53,744 nucleotides of DNA, taken from contig NJBI01000019.1 of NCBI GenBank assembly GCA_005222975.1, positions 1 through 53,744 on the forward strand, read 5' to 3'. This stretch comes from Promethearchaeota archaeon Loki_b31. GTDB lineage: Archaea > Asgardarchaeota > Lokiarchaeia > Sigyniarchaeales > SOKP01. The translations under genes were made by a program, and so were the position numbers. Below are positions 1 to 9,121 of the stretch, in pieces. Within the stretch, counting starts at the first letter, position 1, and each line of letters begins with the position of its first letter. The notes beneath the pieces are model-generated. The model did no database searches. It saw nothing but the letters and a program-made list of their open reading frames with translations, and was not told the DNA's origin.

Positions 1-420
1 CTGGATAACAGCCCGGCCACCTCAAAACCTAGCGATATCCCTCACAGAAAAGGAATCATGTTCTCATGAAGTAAAAATAACATAAGAATCCATATCTTTA
101 ATCCTTTTAACGATAATTGAAACTATTTACTATTATTGTCCCATCTTCTCTGGAAATTTGTTTCATCTTTTCGGAAAAATTTTCATCTTTTAAGAAAAGT
201 TACAAAAATTAAGGAACATTATTGATCTTAATGGTTGAAAAGGATTTGTAAAAAAATCAGATATGTTAAATCATATTTATGTAATACAATCTATTCTTAA
301 AATTAACAAGTTTATAAAGATTGTAGAAAAAACCATTATATATAAATATCCGAAACTTGATAATCTGGGAGAAAAACCTTGATTTTATTTTTTGGAAATA
401 AATTTTTTTTTAATTTCCCA

Positions 421-1188
421 TTAAGGAAAGGAAAGTATGTTATTTTTTTCTAAAATTAAATTATTTTTAATTAATTTCTCTATATTCCATTTTATTTCAG
501 TTTCATAAACTATTCCTAATTTATTAATTAATTCAGAGATTTTTATTGTTTTATCTTGTGAATCTTCAATTGTCTTTAGAATTTTCTTGAAATCAATAAT
601 ACTGTATTCTGGAAAATCCTCTGTAATGGCTTTTAGTAAGAAATATCTTTCGCTAATGAAAGAAGGATGAATTGATATTGAAAATTCTGTTGAATTTGTA
701 ATATCTTTGAATTTTACAAAAAAGTTTTTAGAATCTACGATTTCTATACCCCTATGGGCTATAGAATTTCTTGCTTCTTTGTTAGTATCATAATAAACAA
801 ATAATCCGTCGAAGATCTTCGGATATTTTTTTAAAAGTTTTGGTAAGACTAAATTAGATTTAGTTCTTATAGAGTTAATTCTTTTTATTTTCTCTTTATA
901 TGTCCAGAAGATATTTTTGGGTCTTTCACCATTATCTTCTAAAATTTGTTCAAATAATTGATCAATCATTTTATAAAGCGTCATAAACAAGAAAATAATA
1001 TAGAGCCCTAAGAGTTTTGGTTGTTGTTGAAAAAATCCATTTCGATCCCAAATTTGTAATACATCTCTTTTCTTTTTCTTTTTATGATATTTAAATTGCT
1101 CCTCTTGAAAGGATATTTTAATAAATTCAAGTAATAAATAACACTCCCCTTGAACTCTATCTTTAAATGCATTAAAATTAAATGACAT
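421..1188 (-). CDS. Putative HEPN-domain protein with C-terminal winged-helix-like domain
   Basis: 255-aa ORF; R-x4-H motif (RNSIAH) in a helical context; C-terminus 'KTIKISELINKLG...IEKLIKNNLILEKNNILSF' resembles a wHTH. Confidence 0.55.
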   Translation of the reverse strand: MSFNFNAFKDRVQGECYLLLEFIKISFQEEQFKYHKKKKKRDVLQIWDRNGFFQQQPKLLGLYIIFLFMTLYKMIDQLFEQILEDNGERPKNIFWTYKEKIKRINSIRTKSNLVLPKLLKKYPKIFDGLFVYYDTNKEARNSIAHRGIEIVDSKNFFVKFKDITNSTEFSISIHPSFISERYFLLKAITEDFPEYSIIDFKKILKTIEDSQDKTIKISELINKLGIVYETEIKWNIEKLIKNNLILEKNNILSFP

Positions 1189-1593
1189 TAGTTAAATCTC
1201 CTAATAATGTTTTATCTCATTCTTAATTAAATTTTTTTATCTCTTTTTTTTGCTTTGTAATTCTCCAAGATACTTGGACAATGGTTTAAATACTAAATCT
1301 TGTTCTTATTAATCATACCACGAGTAATAGATCCATTGGATTTATTGTTTGTTTATTTTTTCGAACTTTGTAATATAAAGGAAATTCTTCGAATTTTTAT
1401 AAATAAACTGTTTAGCGTAAAAGAGATTTACGATTACTTCAAATTATATCAATAAAATCATTTAGAAAAAAAAGAAAATAGATTAAAAAATTTCTATAAA
1501 ATTAAATAAGATAATTTTTATCTTTTTATTGAAGAAAAAGATAAAAGTGACATTTTGGTTTAGAAAATTGATAATAAAAAAAATTAAAGAGAA

Positions 1594-2319
1594 GTGAAAA
1601 TTTTTACATCAGAAGAGATAAATAGTAATTTAAATTCGGAAATTGAGGATTTAAAGAAAAAATTAGAAGAAGCTAATGCTAGAATTGATAATCTTGAAAA
1701 AGAGTTGAAAAATAAAGAAGGAGAATTATCAGATATATCCAAATTCACTAATGAAAAGATTACAAGTCTATCAACTGAACTAGAACAAGGAAAAAGAAAA
1801 ATTTCAGAATTAGAAAAAAGTTTAACCGAAGCTAATAGTACAATCTCTACGAAAGATGACGAAATTAATAAATTAAGAGCCGACCAAGAAAAATTTGCGA
1901 CATCTGTGGAAGAGAGTAATAGATTGAAGGCTGAATTTGATGATTTAAAGAATAAAATGTCCATAGTAGAGGAAGATAACGCTAATTTATCCTCTCAACT
2001 CGCGGAATTAAATAATTTACTTTCGCAAAAAGATACTGAACTTCAAGAACTTAACAATACTATTTCTGAAAAAGATAAATTAATAGAAGAACAGGCAGGT
2101 CAGCTTGAAGAACTCAAAGCTAAATTATTTGAGTTACAACCTCCAGAAATACTTACGGGTGAGGTTACGACCGAAGCACGAGTGAAATGCATTAATTGCG
2201 GTGCTGTCGGTAAAGACATAAAAGTCGTAGAAGATAAATCAAAAGTTTTAACCTATATAGGTGGTGCTCCGATGTACGCAAAGAAACATGTTTGCAAAAG
2301 ATGCGGATATGAATTCTAG
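1594..2319 (+). CDS. Coiled-coil protein with C-terminal zinc ribbon
   Basis: Heptad-rich E/K/L sequence followed by CINC...CKRC; GTG start, possibly 5'-truncated. Confidence 0.8.
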   Translation: MKIFTSEEINSNLNSEIEDLKKKLEEANARIDNLEKELKNKEGELSDISKFTNEKITSLSTELEQGKRKISELEKSLTEANSTISTKDDEINKLRADQEKFATSVEESNRLKAEFDDLKNKMSIVEEDNANLSSQLAELNNLLSQKDTELQELNNTISEKDKLIEEQAGQLEELKAKLFELQPPEILTGEVTTEARVKCINCGAVGKDIKVVEDKSKVLTYIGGAPMYAKKHVCKRCGYEF

Positions 2320-2395
2320 CGCGCCTTCGGAAAATGCATTGGAATGATTTTATGAAATCTTATATTTAGAAAAAATACTTAATTTAATCTCTTAA

Positions 2396-2584
2396 GTGAT
2401 AAAATTTTTTTTCACCATTTTTAATGAGATTTTAATGTTCCCTATAAGAGTGTTGAGATCTGAAAGCCATTACGGAATAAAAACAGCCATTAATTCTGTC
2501 GTAAGCGAAGAAGAAGGTTTATATGGAAGTGTGAGAAATCGTCTTGATAATATTTTCGATCAGATTCAAGAAATAAGAAAATAA
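2396..2584 (+). CDS. Small hypothetical protein or gene fragment
   Basis: 62-aa ORF, no recognisable motif; duplicated at 7390-7578. Confidence 0.3.
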   Translation: MIKFFFTIFNEILMFPIRVLRSESHYGIKTAINSVVSEEEGLYGSVRNRLDNIFDQIQEIRK

Positions 2585-2609
2585 GATTCTAAAATTGAAA
2601 TGTACCAAT

Positions 2610-3020
2610 TTATTCATCCAAATCCGAGTTATCTGGATCCCATTCCCTTTCAACCTCTTCTGGAGTCATTCCCCCAAACCATGTTTTAATATCCCTTCTA
2701 TAATTTGAAGGATAAAATGTTTTGCCTTTATTAATATGAAATTTATATATATTTTCAAGGTTGAATCTTTTTTTTCTTAATCCGATCATCTTATCTCTTA
2801 AATGTTCAAATCGAGTACTATCCATCCCCCCATATTCATGTTTAAAAACGCTAACAATTGTATTATAAAGTACTCCAGTCGTTCTCGCTATTTCATGCTT
2901 TGAGACTCTTTTAATTGCCCATTCCATCCATTGTTGTTTAGAAATTCCACAATAATGATCAACCTGATTCCTTATCTCAGTTGGGTCCGTAAGAATTTTA
3001 ACAAATACATGGAAATATAT
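2610..3020 (-). pseudogene. Probable C-terminal gene fragment with HTH-like segment
   Basis: Frame stays open upstream of ATG 2927 to ~3020 with no earlier start; 'SKHEIARTTGVLYNTIVSVF' is HTH-like. Confidence 0.45.
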
Positions 3021-3104
3021 TTAAGATATTTCAAATTGAGTCACGAAGTTTTTATTGTCGAGTGAATTAATTAACACTGAATTTTATGTAATCACCAGAA
3101 AAAA

Positions 3105-3311
3105 ATGGAGATAACTTTGAAAAATGTAGATTTAAGAGAGTTAGAATTGAGAATAGATTATTTAAAAAACGATTGTAATTTGGACGAACAAATTATGGAT
3201 ACTGATCAGCAATTAAGCGATGAAGAAAAGGAGTTTTTTGAAGAAGAAATCATAAAGATTAAAGAATGGATTAGTGAATTGAAAGAAGAAAAGAGGAAAA
3301 TTACAAAATAA
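3105..3311 (+). CDS. Small acidic helical hypothetical protein
   Basis: 68-aa ATG ORF; an adjacent paralog supports coding status. Confidence 0.6.
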   Translation: MEITLKNVDLRELELRIDYLKNDCNLDEQIMDTDQQLSDEEKEFFEEEIIKIKEWISELKEEKRKITK

Positions 3312-3395
3312 TAAAGATTTCGACTAAAATAGCTTTAGACAGAATTAAGAATTTTATCTTGTAAAGTCAAGTAATTAATAATAGAGAGGAAGATT

Positions 3396-3518
3396 TTGAA
3401 AAAAGAAGTTTCGGACGAGATTAATTGGAGAATATTATTTTTAAAAAATGGTTATGAGAGAGATATAGAGGTTATCGAAAATGGACAGAAATTAGACGAT
3501 GTAGATAGGGTTAAATAA
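3396..3518 (+). pseudogene. Truncated paralog of 3105-3311
   Basis: TTG ORF MKKEVSDEINWRILFLKNGYERDIEVIENGQKLDDVDRVK aligns with ELELRIDYLKNDCNLDEQIMDTDQQLSDEEK and ends at the tnpB-fragment junction. Confidence 0.55.
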
Positions 3519-3679
3519 TAATTTAATAACTATGGTAGAAAACAGAAACGAAAAACCGATCATCGTTTCCGGAAGAGTTTTAAAGTCTATTAACCGACAA
3601 TGGAATAAACGGAAAGCAAGGCTCAATTTTATCAAAGACAAACAGAACCTAAAGTGGACAAATAGACTTGATAGTATTA
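3517..3679 (+). mobile_element. tnpB: 163-bp internal tnpB remnant
   Basis: 157/163 nt identical (manual alignment) to the reverse complement of 47279-47441, inside the tnpB at 46761-48038. Confidence 0.92.
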
Positions 3680-4483
3680 CAGTGAAAAGATCGGTAATAG
3701 TAGTAACGCTTACTTCGAGGAAGCCGTAATCTATCGAATGACTTCCCAATTTAAGAGCGAGTTTAAGTCGTTAAGGGACAATTTCGTTAAGTTCCTGTTT
3801 TCTTTGTTAGCAAGCGGTTCTGTGCACCAGAAAATGGACAGAACAGAACTAATCAAATTTTTAAGCAAGAGTTTTAGCGGGTTAGCGTATTTGATTCGTT
3901 TCGCTAGAAGATTGGATGTTTTGAAACCACCTAATTTAGTAGAAGATGAGGATTTTGATTTCACTCTTGATGACTCTCAATTAAAAGTCATCGACATTGA
4001 GCTTAATATGAAATTCATTACGATCTACGGGAGAATTAAAGAGATATACAGCAAGTTTAGATTTGAAAGAGCCGATGGGAACAAAAGGCAAGGGCTTCTT
4101 TTTTACTCCACGATCCTACCGGCAATATTAGAGTAGTATTATGGGGCCAACATTCGAAATTTACGAGAAACGAATTTAACGTAAACGAGCTAGTAAAAAT
4201 TCTAAGCGGATACGCGAAAAAGGGTAGAGCGGGAACCGAAATTCACGTTGGAACGTATGGGAGTATAATTTTATCACCTGAAGGAGTTGACCTTGCCAAG
4301 CACCCAAAATTAAAAGACAATAAAAAATCTGCCAGTGCGAAGAAGATTATGGCTCAAAGAATACGATCGATAGGCATAAAAAACGCGAAAGTAAGTAAAA
4401 TAATCTGTCCTTACTGTGGTTCTATGTGCTCTAATAAACTGAAGTTTTGCGGAACTTGTGGTGAACCTTTACCAAAGTCCTAA
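3675..4483 (+). pseudogene. Frameshifted RPA-like OB-fold plus double zinc ribbon gene, 5'-truncated
   Basis: Frame 1 gives ITIYGRIKEIYSKFRFERADG; the -1 frame (open 4067-4483) gives SFLLHDPTGNIRVVLWG...CPYCGSMCSNKLKFCGTCGEPL*; D-x-TG-x-IR-x-x-LW is the RPA OB-fold signature. Confidence 0.75.
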
Positions 4484-4614
4484 AAAAATCTGAAGAATAT
4501 TATAATTACTCGATCTATTTTTATATGTCCAATTAACTCTCCTCAACGCGATAAGGTACACGTCTAAATACAAACGATTAATTGCTTTTTTCTCGTAACA
4601 GGTCTGATCGTAAC

Positions 4615-4866
4615 TAGGATCTAATTCCCAAGCCTTGTTTAATAGCAAGAGATGCGTCTTCCATCCCATATTTTTTATATACGCATAATTTAGTTTCAAG
4701 CTTGTAAACGCTCAAGATAGCTTCTTTATCGATCCACGCTAACGCCCCATCGTTCAGGAGGCATATAAAGCTTTCTTCTCCTGCGTGAAGCTCGTCTAAC
4801 TTGTTCTCGTCGGTCTCCCCGTAGAAAGCTCTCCTTTTCCCGTCTGGTTCGTACCAAGAGGTAATT
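4615..4866 (-). pseudogene. Start-less ORF fragment of unknown function
   Basis: ~80-codon open frame (SWYEPDGKRRAFYGETDENKLDELHAG...GLGIRS*) with higher GC than its flanks and no upstream start. Confidence 0.35.
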
Positions 4867-4867
4867 T

Positions 4868-5224
4868 ATGAATAAAAAGTATTTAATTTATTTGAACGAT
4901 ATCAAAACCGCAATAATTAGCATAGAGAATTTGGTAGAAGGAATGACCTTCGATCAATTCAAAAGCGGCGACAAAACATTGAATGCTATCATTCGAAAAT
5001 TTGTAATTATTGGTGAAGCAACTAAAAATATACCTAACAATATCAAGGAGACATATTCCCAAATACCTTGGAAAGAAATCGTAGGAATGAGCGTATTTTG
5101 GAAGGGAATTGAAACACAAGATTTTCAAAATTGGAAAAGGAAAAATACTAAAAAATATCAGATGGAAACAAGCGGAAAAACTTATTATGGAGGAAAATTG
5201 GCACAAAATTTCAAAAATTATTAA
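4868..5224 (+). pseudogene. HepT/DUF86-like ribonuclease toxin lacking the catalytic RxxxxH motif
   Basis: Typical DUF86 N-terminus (YLNDI...IIGEATKNIP...IPWKEIVGM); homology breaks exactly where R-x4-H should follow; no MNT antitoxin gene upstream. Confidence 0.8.
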
Positions 5225-5429
5225 AAAACCTCCTTAATATGAATATTCCTTAGATAATAATTCTAAATAGTGCAAAAACCAGATTTCTGATTTCAATTGT
5301 TAAAAAGCATAAATATATATTGACAAATTTGTAATATAATCTGGGTATAATTATATAAGAAAATTTCAATTTTTGTATTTTGGAATTTAAGTGATATATT
5401 AAAATAAATAGAAAGGGGATATTATCAAA

Positions 5430-6062
5430 ATGAAAGTTGTCAGAATGCCTTTAGATTACGAAACTCTTGTTAGTAATTTAATGCAAACAGCACTTTCTAT
5501 TCTCGCAGTAGCTATAGTTGAAAACAAAAATGAGATTGTATATTCTACAAATAATTGGGATATTCGTGAGGATATAACGCATATCTGTTCAAGTTGGAAC
5601 TCTATGAAAGCTCCATTTATTATAGTTTCTGGAGTAAAATATACTATGCTAGAATGTGAAATTGATACCATAGTCGCTACATCAATCCTAGGAAAGGGAC
5701 ACATTGTAGGAGTGAAAGACGAGGTACTGAAAATTATTACATATGTTGAACCAGACGGAGATAGAAAAGCAGCAATCGTAGAACTTTCAAGGATTTTAAG
5801 AGATATGAGTTCTAAAGAACCTTATATGTATCCAAATGCCCAATTTGAAACGAAGTATGAAGGATCAGGAACAATAGGAGCAGAATATGCAGATTATGTA
5901 GATCCGCAATTGAAAAGTGAAATTGAAGAATTTTTAAATTGGATTAAAAATCCAGATGGGCTTTTAGGCTATATTAATTATTATTTTCAACAAAATGATG
6001 CTCAAATGATTTCTGAATTAGCTAAAATTTACGCTGAATTAATAAAAATTGTCGGAGGATAA
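5430..6062 (+). CDS. Asgard profilin-like protein with C-terminal extension
   Basis: Motifs IVYSTNNWDI, VSGVKY, ATSILGKGHIVG and ITYVEPDG match the Loki profilin pattern as recalled (TENWNI, QGIKY, TNITGKGH, ITYVNP); ~85 extra C-terminal residues; start may be ATG 5445. Confidence 0.8.
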   Translation: MKVVRMPLDYETLVSNLMQTALSILAVAIVENKNEIVYSTNNWDIREDITHICSSWNSMKAPFIIVSGVKYTMLECEIDTIVATSILGKGHIVGVKDEVLKIITYVEPDGDRKAAIVELSRILRDMSSKEPYMYPNAQFETKYEGSGTIGAEYADYVDPQLKSEIEEFLNWIKNPDGLLGYINYYFQQNDAQMISELAKIYAELIKIVGG

Positions 6063-6068
6063 TTATAA

Positions 6069-6597
6069 TTAATATTTTGAAAGCTTTTTTAAACTCTTAA
6101 GTTTAAATAAAGATTCTGGAAGAGAGAGCAATTTGTTAGATTGAACCTCAAGTTCTTTTAAAGAGTTTAATTTACCAAGTGATTCGGGGATAAAATCTAT
6201 TTTATTGTTTTCCAAATGTAAAAAGTCAAGAGATTTTAAGTTCCCAAAAGTCTCAGGCAATCTAGAATTACTATTGTGATTTAATACTAATATTCTTAAA
6301 TTTCTTAAGTTTTTGATTGATTCAGGAATATCGAAGTTTTTATTCACCCCTAAACCTAAATATTTAAGATTATTTAATTCCGTTATGGACTCTGGAAATA
6401 TTTTAAATTTATTCACATCCAAAGAGAGATGTGTAAGAGATTTTAATGAATTTATCTCAGAAGGAAGTGTTTCTATTTGGTTACCAAATAAGCATAACTC
6501 CCGTAGATTCTTTAATTGCCCAATCTCATTTGGAATGGATCGTAATATGTTGTCGTCTAAGAAAAGCTTTCGAAGAGAAACTAATTTTGTTATTTCT
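6069..6597 (-). pseudogene. Leucine-rich repeat gene fragment (~7 repeats)
   Basis: LxxLxLxxN repeats continue in frame upstream of the ORF-track start (LRKLFLDDNILRSIPNEIGQLKNLRELCLFGNQ) with no ATG; ends abruptly, next to duplication copy 2. Confidence 0.75.
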
Positions 6598-6746
6598 AAA
6601 TTATAAAAAAAAATTTTGATCAGAACACTTTATAATTTCAAAAATTTCTATAAAATTAAATAAGATAATTTTTATCTTTTTATTGAAGAAAAAGATAAAA
6701 GTGACGTTTTGGTTTAGAAATTGATAATAAAAAAAATTAAAGAGAA

Positions 6747-7313
6747 GTGAAAATTTTTACATCAGAAGAGATAAATAGTAATTTAAATTCGGAAATTGAG
6801 GATTTAAAGAAAAAATTAGAAGAAGCTAATAGTACAATCTCTACGAAAGATGACGAAATTAATAAATTAAGAGCCGACCAAGAAAAATTTGCGACATCTG
6901 TGGAAGAGAGTAATAGATTGAAGGCTGAATTTGATGATTTAAAGAATAAAATGTCCATAGTAGAGGAAGATAACGCTAATTTATCCTCTCAACTCGCGGA
7001 ATTAAATAATTTACTTTCGCAAAAAGATACTGAACTTCAAGAACTTAACAATACTATTTCTGAAAAAGATAAATTAATAGAAGAACAGGCAGGTCAGCTT
7101 GAAGAACTCAAAGCTAAATTATTTGAGTTACAACCTCCAGAAATACTTACGGGTGAGGTTACGACCGAAGCACGAGTGAAATGCATTAATTGCGGTGCTG
7201 TCGGTAAAGACATAAAAGTCGTAGAAGATAAATCAAAAGTTTTAACCTATATAGGTGGTGCTCCGATGTACGCAAAGAAACATGTTTGCAAAAGATGCGG
7301 ATATGAATTCTAG
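6747..7313 (+). CDS. Coiled-coil/zinc-ribbon protein, variant 53 aa shorter
   Basis: Identical to 1594-2319 except for an in-frame deletion between two GAAGCTAAT (EAN) copies. Confidence 0.78.
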   Translation: MKIFTSEEINSNLNSEIEDLKKKLEEANSTISTKDDEINKLRADQEKFATSVEESNRLKAEFDDLKNKMSIVEEDNANLSSQLAELNNLLSQKDTELQELNNTISEKDKLIEEQAGQLEELKAKLFELQPPEILTGEVTTEARVKCINCGAVGKDIKVVEDKSKVLTYIGGAPMYAKKHVCKRCGYEF

Positions 7314-7603
7314 CGCGCCTTCGGAAAATGCATTGGAATGATTTTATGAAATCTTATATTTAGAAAAAATACTTAATTTAATCTCTTAAGTGATAAAATT
7401 TTTTTTCACCATTTTTAATGAGATTTTAATGTTCCCTATAAGAGTGTTGAGATCTGAAAGCCATTACGGAATAAAAACAGCCATTAATTCTGTCGTAAGC
7501 GAAGAAGAAGGTTTATATGGAAGTGTGAGAAATCGTCTTGATAATATTTTCGATCAGATTCAAGAAATAAGAAAATAAGATTCTAAAATTGAAATGTACC
7601 AAT

Positions 7604-8014
7604 TTATTCATCCAAATCCGAGTTATCTGGATCCCATTCCCTTTCAACCTCTTCTGGAGTCATTCCCCCAAACCATGTTTTAATATCCCTTCTATAATTT
7701 GAAGGATAAAATGTTTTGCCTTTATTAATATGAAATTTATATATATTTTCAAGGTTGAATCTTTTTTTTCTTAATCCGATCATCTTATCTCTTAAATGTT
7801 CAAATCGAGTACTATCCATCCCCCCATATTCATGTTTAAAAACGCTAACAATTGTATTATAAAGTACTCCAGTCGTTCTCGCTATTTCATGCTTTGAGAC
7901 TCTTTTAATTGCCCATTCCATCCATTGTTGTTTAGAAATTCCACAATAATGATCAACCTGATTCCTTATCTCAGTTGGGTCCGTAAGAATTTTAACAAAT
8001 ACATGGAAATATAT
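7604..8014 (-). pseudogene. Duplicate of the 2610-3020 fragment
   Basis: Identical translation. Confidence 0.45.
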
Positions 8015-8098
8015 TTAAGATATTTCAAATTGAGTCACGAAGTTTTTATTGTCGAGTGAATTAATTAACACTGAATTTTATGTAATCACCAGAAAAAA

Positions 8099-8305
8099 AT
8101 GGAGATAACTTTGAAAAATGTAGATTTAAGAGAGTTAGAATTGAGAATAGATTATTTAAAAAACGATTGTAATTTGGACGAACAAATTATGGATACTGAT
8201 CAGCAATTAAGCGATGAAGAAAAGGAGTTTTTTGAAGAAGAAATCATAAAGATTAAAGAATGGATTAGTGAATTGAAAGAAGAAAAGAGGAAAATTACAA
8301 AATAA
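8099..8305 (+). CDS. Duplicate of 3105-3311
   Basis: Identical translation. Confidence 0.6.
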   Translation: MEITLKNVDLRELELRIDYLKNDCNLDEQIMDTDQQLSDEEKEFFEEEIIKIKEWISELKEEKRKITK

Positions 8306-8510
8306 TAAAGATTTCGACTAAAATAGCTTTAGACAGAATTAAGAATTTTATCTTGTAAAGTCAAGTAATTAATAATAGAGAGGAAGATTTTGAAAAAAGA
8401 AGTTTCGGACGAGATTAATTGGAGAATATTATTTTTAAAAAATGGTTATGAGAGAGATATAGAGGTTATCGAAAATGGACAGAAATTAGACGATGTAGAT
8501 AGGGTTAAAT

Positions 8511-8657
8511 AATAATTTAATAACTATGGTAGAAAACAGAAACGAAAAACCGATCATCGTTTCCGGAAGAGTTTTAAAGTCTATTAACCGACAATGGAAT
8601 AAACGGAAAGCAAGGCTCAATTTTATCAAAGACAAACAGAACCTAAAGTGGACAAAT
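8511..8657 (+). mobile_element. tnpB: tnpB remnant, shorter copy at the duplication end
   Basis: Duplicate of 3517-3663. Confidence 0.88.
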
Positions 8658-9121
8658 TTCTTTGACAAAGTTTAAGATTTTCTCAGAGGCGTCATTATAA
8701 TTTAGAACTCTATAGGAACTAATAATCGTATACAATTTCTTAATAAACTTGAAATATAAATTGATATTATCACGCAGTTCTTAAAGATTATACCTATTTA
8801 GATTTTCATCAACGTCGCTTTTCAGCATTGCTAACAATTTTATGAAGTTTTCTAGATTAGACTTAGTTAGGTTTTCCTTTAAAAGATTATTGTACCGTCT
8901 TAAATATATTTTGCGACGGTTATCTAATTCAACGCGAGCTTTTTGTTGTAATTCGTTAAATTCACCGAGTTCATTCTTTAAATCGAAATAATTCTGGTGT
9001 TCTTTAATTAAATTTAACGCAGATCCAATTTTTACCAACGCAGATTTGAAATCCTCAATATCTAACTTTTTTAATATAATAGATTTATAAACATTTAATT
9101 CTTCTAAGAGTTCTTTTTTAC

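Larger units (their letters stand above)
1486..3663 (+). repeat. Direct segmental duplication, copy 1 (copy 2 at 6640-8657)
   Basis: Matches 6640-8657 by eye apart from one noticed SNP (gtgacAtttt vs gtgacGtttt) and a 159-bp in-frame deletion in copy 2; offset changes from 5153 to 4994 across the deletion. Confidence 0.95.
6640..8657 (+). repeat. Direct segmental duplication, copy 2
   Basis: Copy of 1486-3663 with a 159-bp deletion. Confidence 0.95.

Noticed and set aside
1584-1964. Minus-strand ORF, and similar antisense or nested ORFs (6737, 5456, 9583, 13208, 14844, 31378, 45790, 49282 and others)
   Set aside because: They overlap well-supported genes and have no motifs of their own
3517-3679. 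DGR template/variable repeat pair (tnpB fragment vs 47279-47441)
   Set aside because: The six mismatches run in both directions (C>T, T>C, T>A) rather than being adenine-specific on one template, and no reverse transcriptase is in the window
4469-4699. 76-aa minus-strand ORF as a real gene
   Set aside because: Overlaps a longer start-less frame (4615-4866) and runs across the 26-nt patch; more likely part of a broken fragment
421-9121. Provirus or integrated plasmid
   Set aside because: No integrase, capsid, terminase or replication gene recognised; the content is host-type gene fragments
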